64,000 nucleotides of DNA, from assembly GCA_030264375.1 (NCBI GenBank), contig JASCQW010000128.1, positions 14,453,771 to 14,517,770 of the forward strand, read 5' to 3'. The position numbers were made by a program, and so were the translations under genes. Positions 62,680-64,000 of the stretch are shown one piece after another. How positions within the stretch are numbered: the first letter of the stretch is position 1; the number at the start of each line of letters is the position of its first letter. Below the pieces are notes generated by a model, which had not been told where the DNA came from, did no database searches, and saw nothing but the letters and a program-made list of their open reading frames with translations. The DNA is from Carcharhinus longimanus (Eukaryota).

Positions 62680-64000
62680 CTTACTCCTGTATTCAAATCC
62701 TCTTGCTAAGAAGGCCAGCATACAAATAGCTTTCCTCACCTCGTGCTGTAGCTGGATGCCAACTTCCACCATGACACCCAGGTCATATTGCACTTACCCT
62801 TTACCTAAACTGCTACCTTTCAGAAAATTTTTAATTCAACTTTATTTATTAGTGTCACAAAAAGGCTTACATTTACACTGAAATGACGTTACTGTGAAAA
62901 TCCTCCAGTCAGCACACTCCAGCGCCTGTTGGCGTACAGTGAAGAAGAATTTAGCAGAGCCAATGCACCGAATCAGCACTTCTTTGAACTATGGGAGCAA
63001 TTGGAGGAAACACGTGCAAACACAGGAAGATCGTGCAGACTCCACACAGACAATCACCCAAACCGGTAATTGAACCCGGGTCCCTGGTGCTGTGAGACAG
63101 TAGTGTTAACCACTGTGCCATCAGTAATAATCTTCCTTCCTGTTTTTGCCATCAAAGTGGACAACCTCACATTTATCCAGATTATATTGTACTTGCCAAG
63201 TATTTGCTCACTCACCAGCCTGTCCAAGTCACCCTGCAGCCTCTTAGCATTGCCCTCCACAACACACACTGCCACCCAGATTAGTGTCATCTGAAAATTT
63301 GAAGATATTGCATTCAAGTCCTGTGTCCAAATTGTTAATACATATTGTGAATAACTGGAGTCACAGCACTCAACACTGTGGTACTCCGCTAGTACTGACT
63401 GCTACTCTGAAAAGGGCCCACATACTCTCACTCCCTGCTTCCTGTCTGCCAACTAATTCTCTATCCACATCAATACATTTCCCCAGTACCATGCAGCATA
63501 ATTTTCCTCACTAATCTCTTGTATGCGACTTTGTCAAAATCCTTTTGAAAGTCCAGATGCAGAAAGTGCATTGGTTCACCTTGGCAATCAGCTGGTGACG
63601 GACACATCCTCAAAAATTCAAGCTTTGTCAAGCATGAATTCCCTTTATTGAATCCATGCCAACTTGGACAAATCGTGTCACTGCTTTGCAAATGCTCAGT
63701 AACCATACCCTTGATAATTGTCTCCAGCATTTTCCCCACCACCAATGTCAGGCTAACCAGTCTATAATTCCACAGTTTCTCTTTCCCTCCTTTTATAAAA
63801 AGTGGAGTTATATTAGCTACCCTTCAATCCATTGGAACTCCAGAGTCTATAGAATGCTGGAAAATTAATATTTCTAGGGGCACTTCCGAGATTACTCTGG
63901 AATGCAGAGCAGCAGGGCCTGGGATTTATCGGGTTTTAATCTCAGCAATTTCGCCAGTTAAATTTCCTGAATAGTGAGGATTTCATTCAGGTCCTCCTTC
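62680..64000 (-). mobile_element. CR1 LINE with RT remnants, interrupted by a SINE at 62835-63122
   Basis: VGKMLETIIK...HGFNKGNSCLT...LHLDFQKDFDKVAYKRL; AKRLQGDLDRL; runs to the window end. Confidence 0.88.
62835..63122 (-). mobile_element. HE1-like V-SINE, alternative tail
   Basis: ctttatttattagtgtcacaa...gaacccgggtccctggtgctgtgagacagtagtgttaaccactgtgcc. Confidence 0.85.

Overview
Eukaryotic, AT-rich, repeat-dense genomic DNA from a draft assembly with nine N-gaps. The repeat content (HE1/V-SINEs, SacSINE1-like Deu-SINEs, CR1, Rex1/Babar, L2, RTE, Penelope-like elements) points to a cartilaginous fish, probably a shark (inference). Only one host coding exon is recognisable: a 168-bp phase-0/0 internal exon of LMF1 (lipase maturation factor 1) at 11087-11254 (+). 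The rest appears intronic, and the other track ORFs are transposon remnants, N-spanning artefacts or noise. The most unusual signal is a ~370-bp poly(A)-tailed insertion at 19706-20077 (-) built from rearranged U1 snRNA segments fused to the 5' end of U2 snRNA, a candidate snRNA-headed (SINEU-like) retroposon. Also notable are minimal hammerhead ribozyme motifs in Penelope-like ends (one with an intact core, one in the LMF1 sense orientation), a fold-back Penelope insertion with a 12-bp TSD, and a SINE family that appears to have swapped its LINE-derived tail. All family assignments and alignments were made by eye from recalled consensus features; no database search was run.
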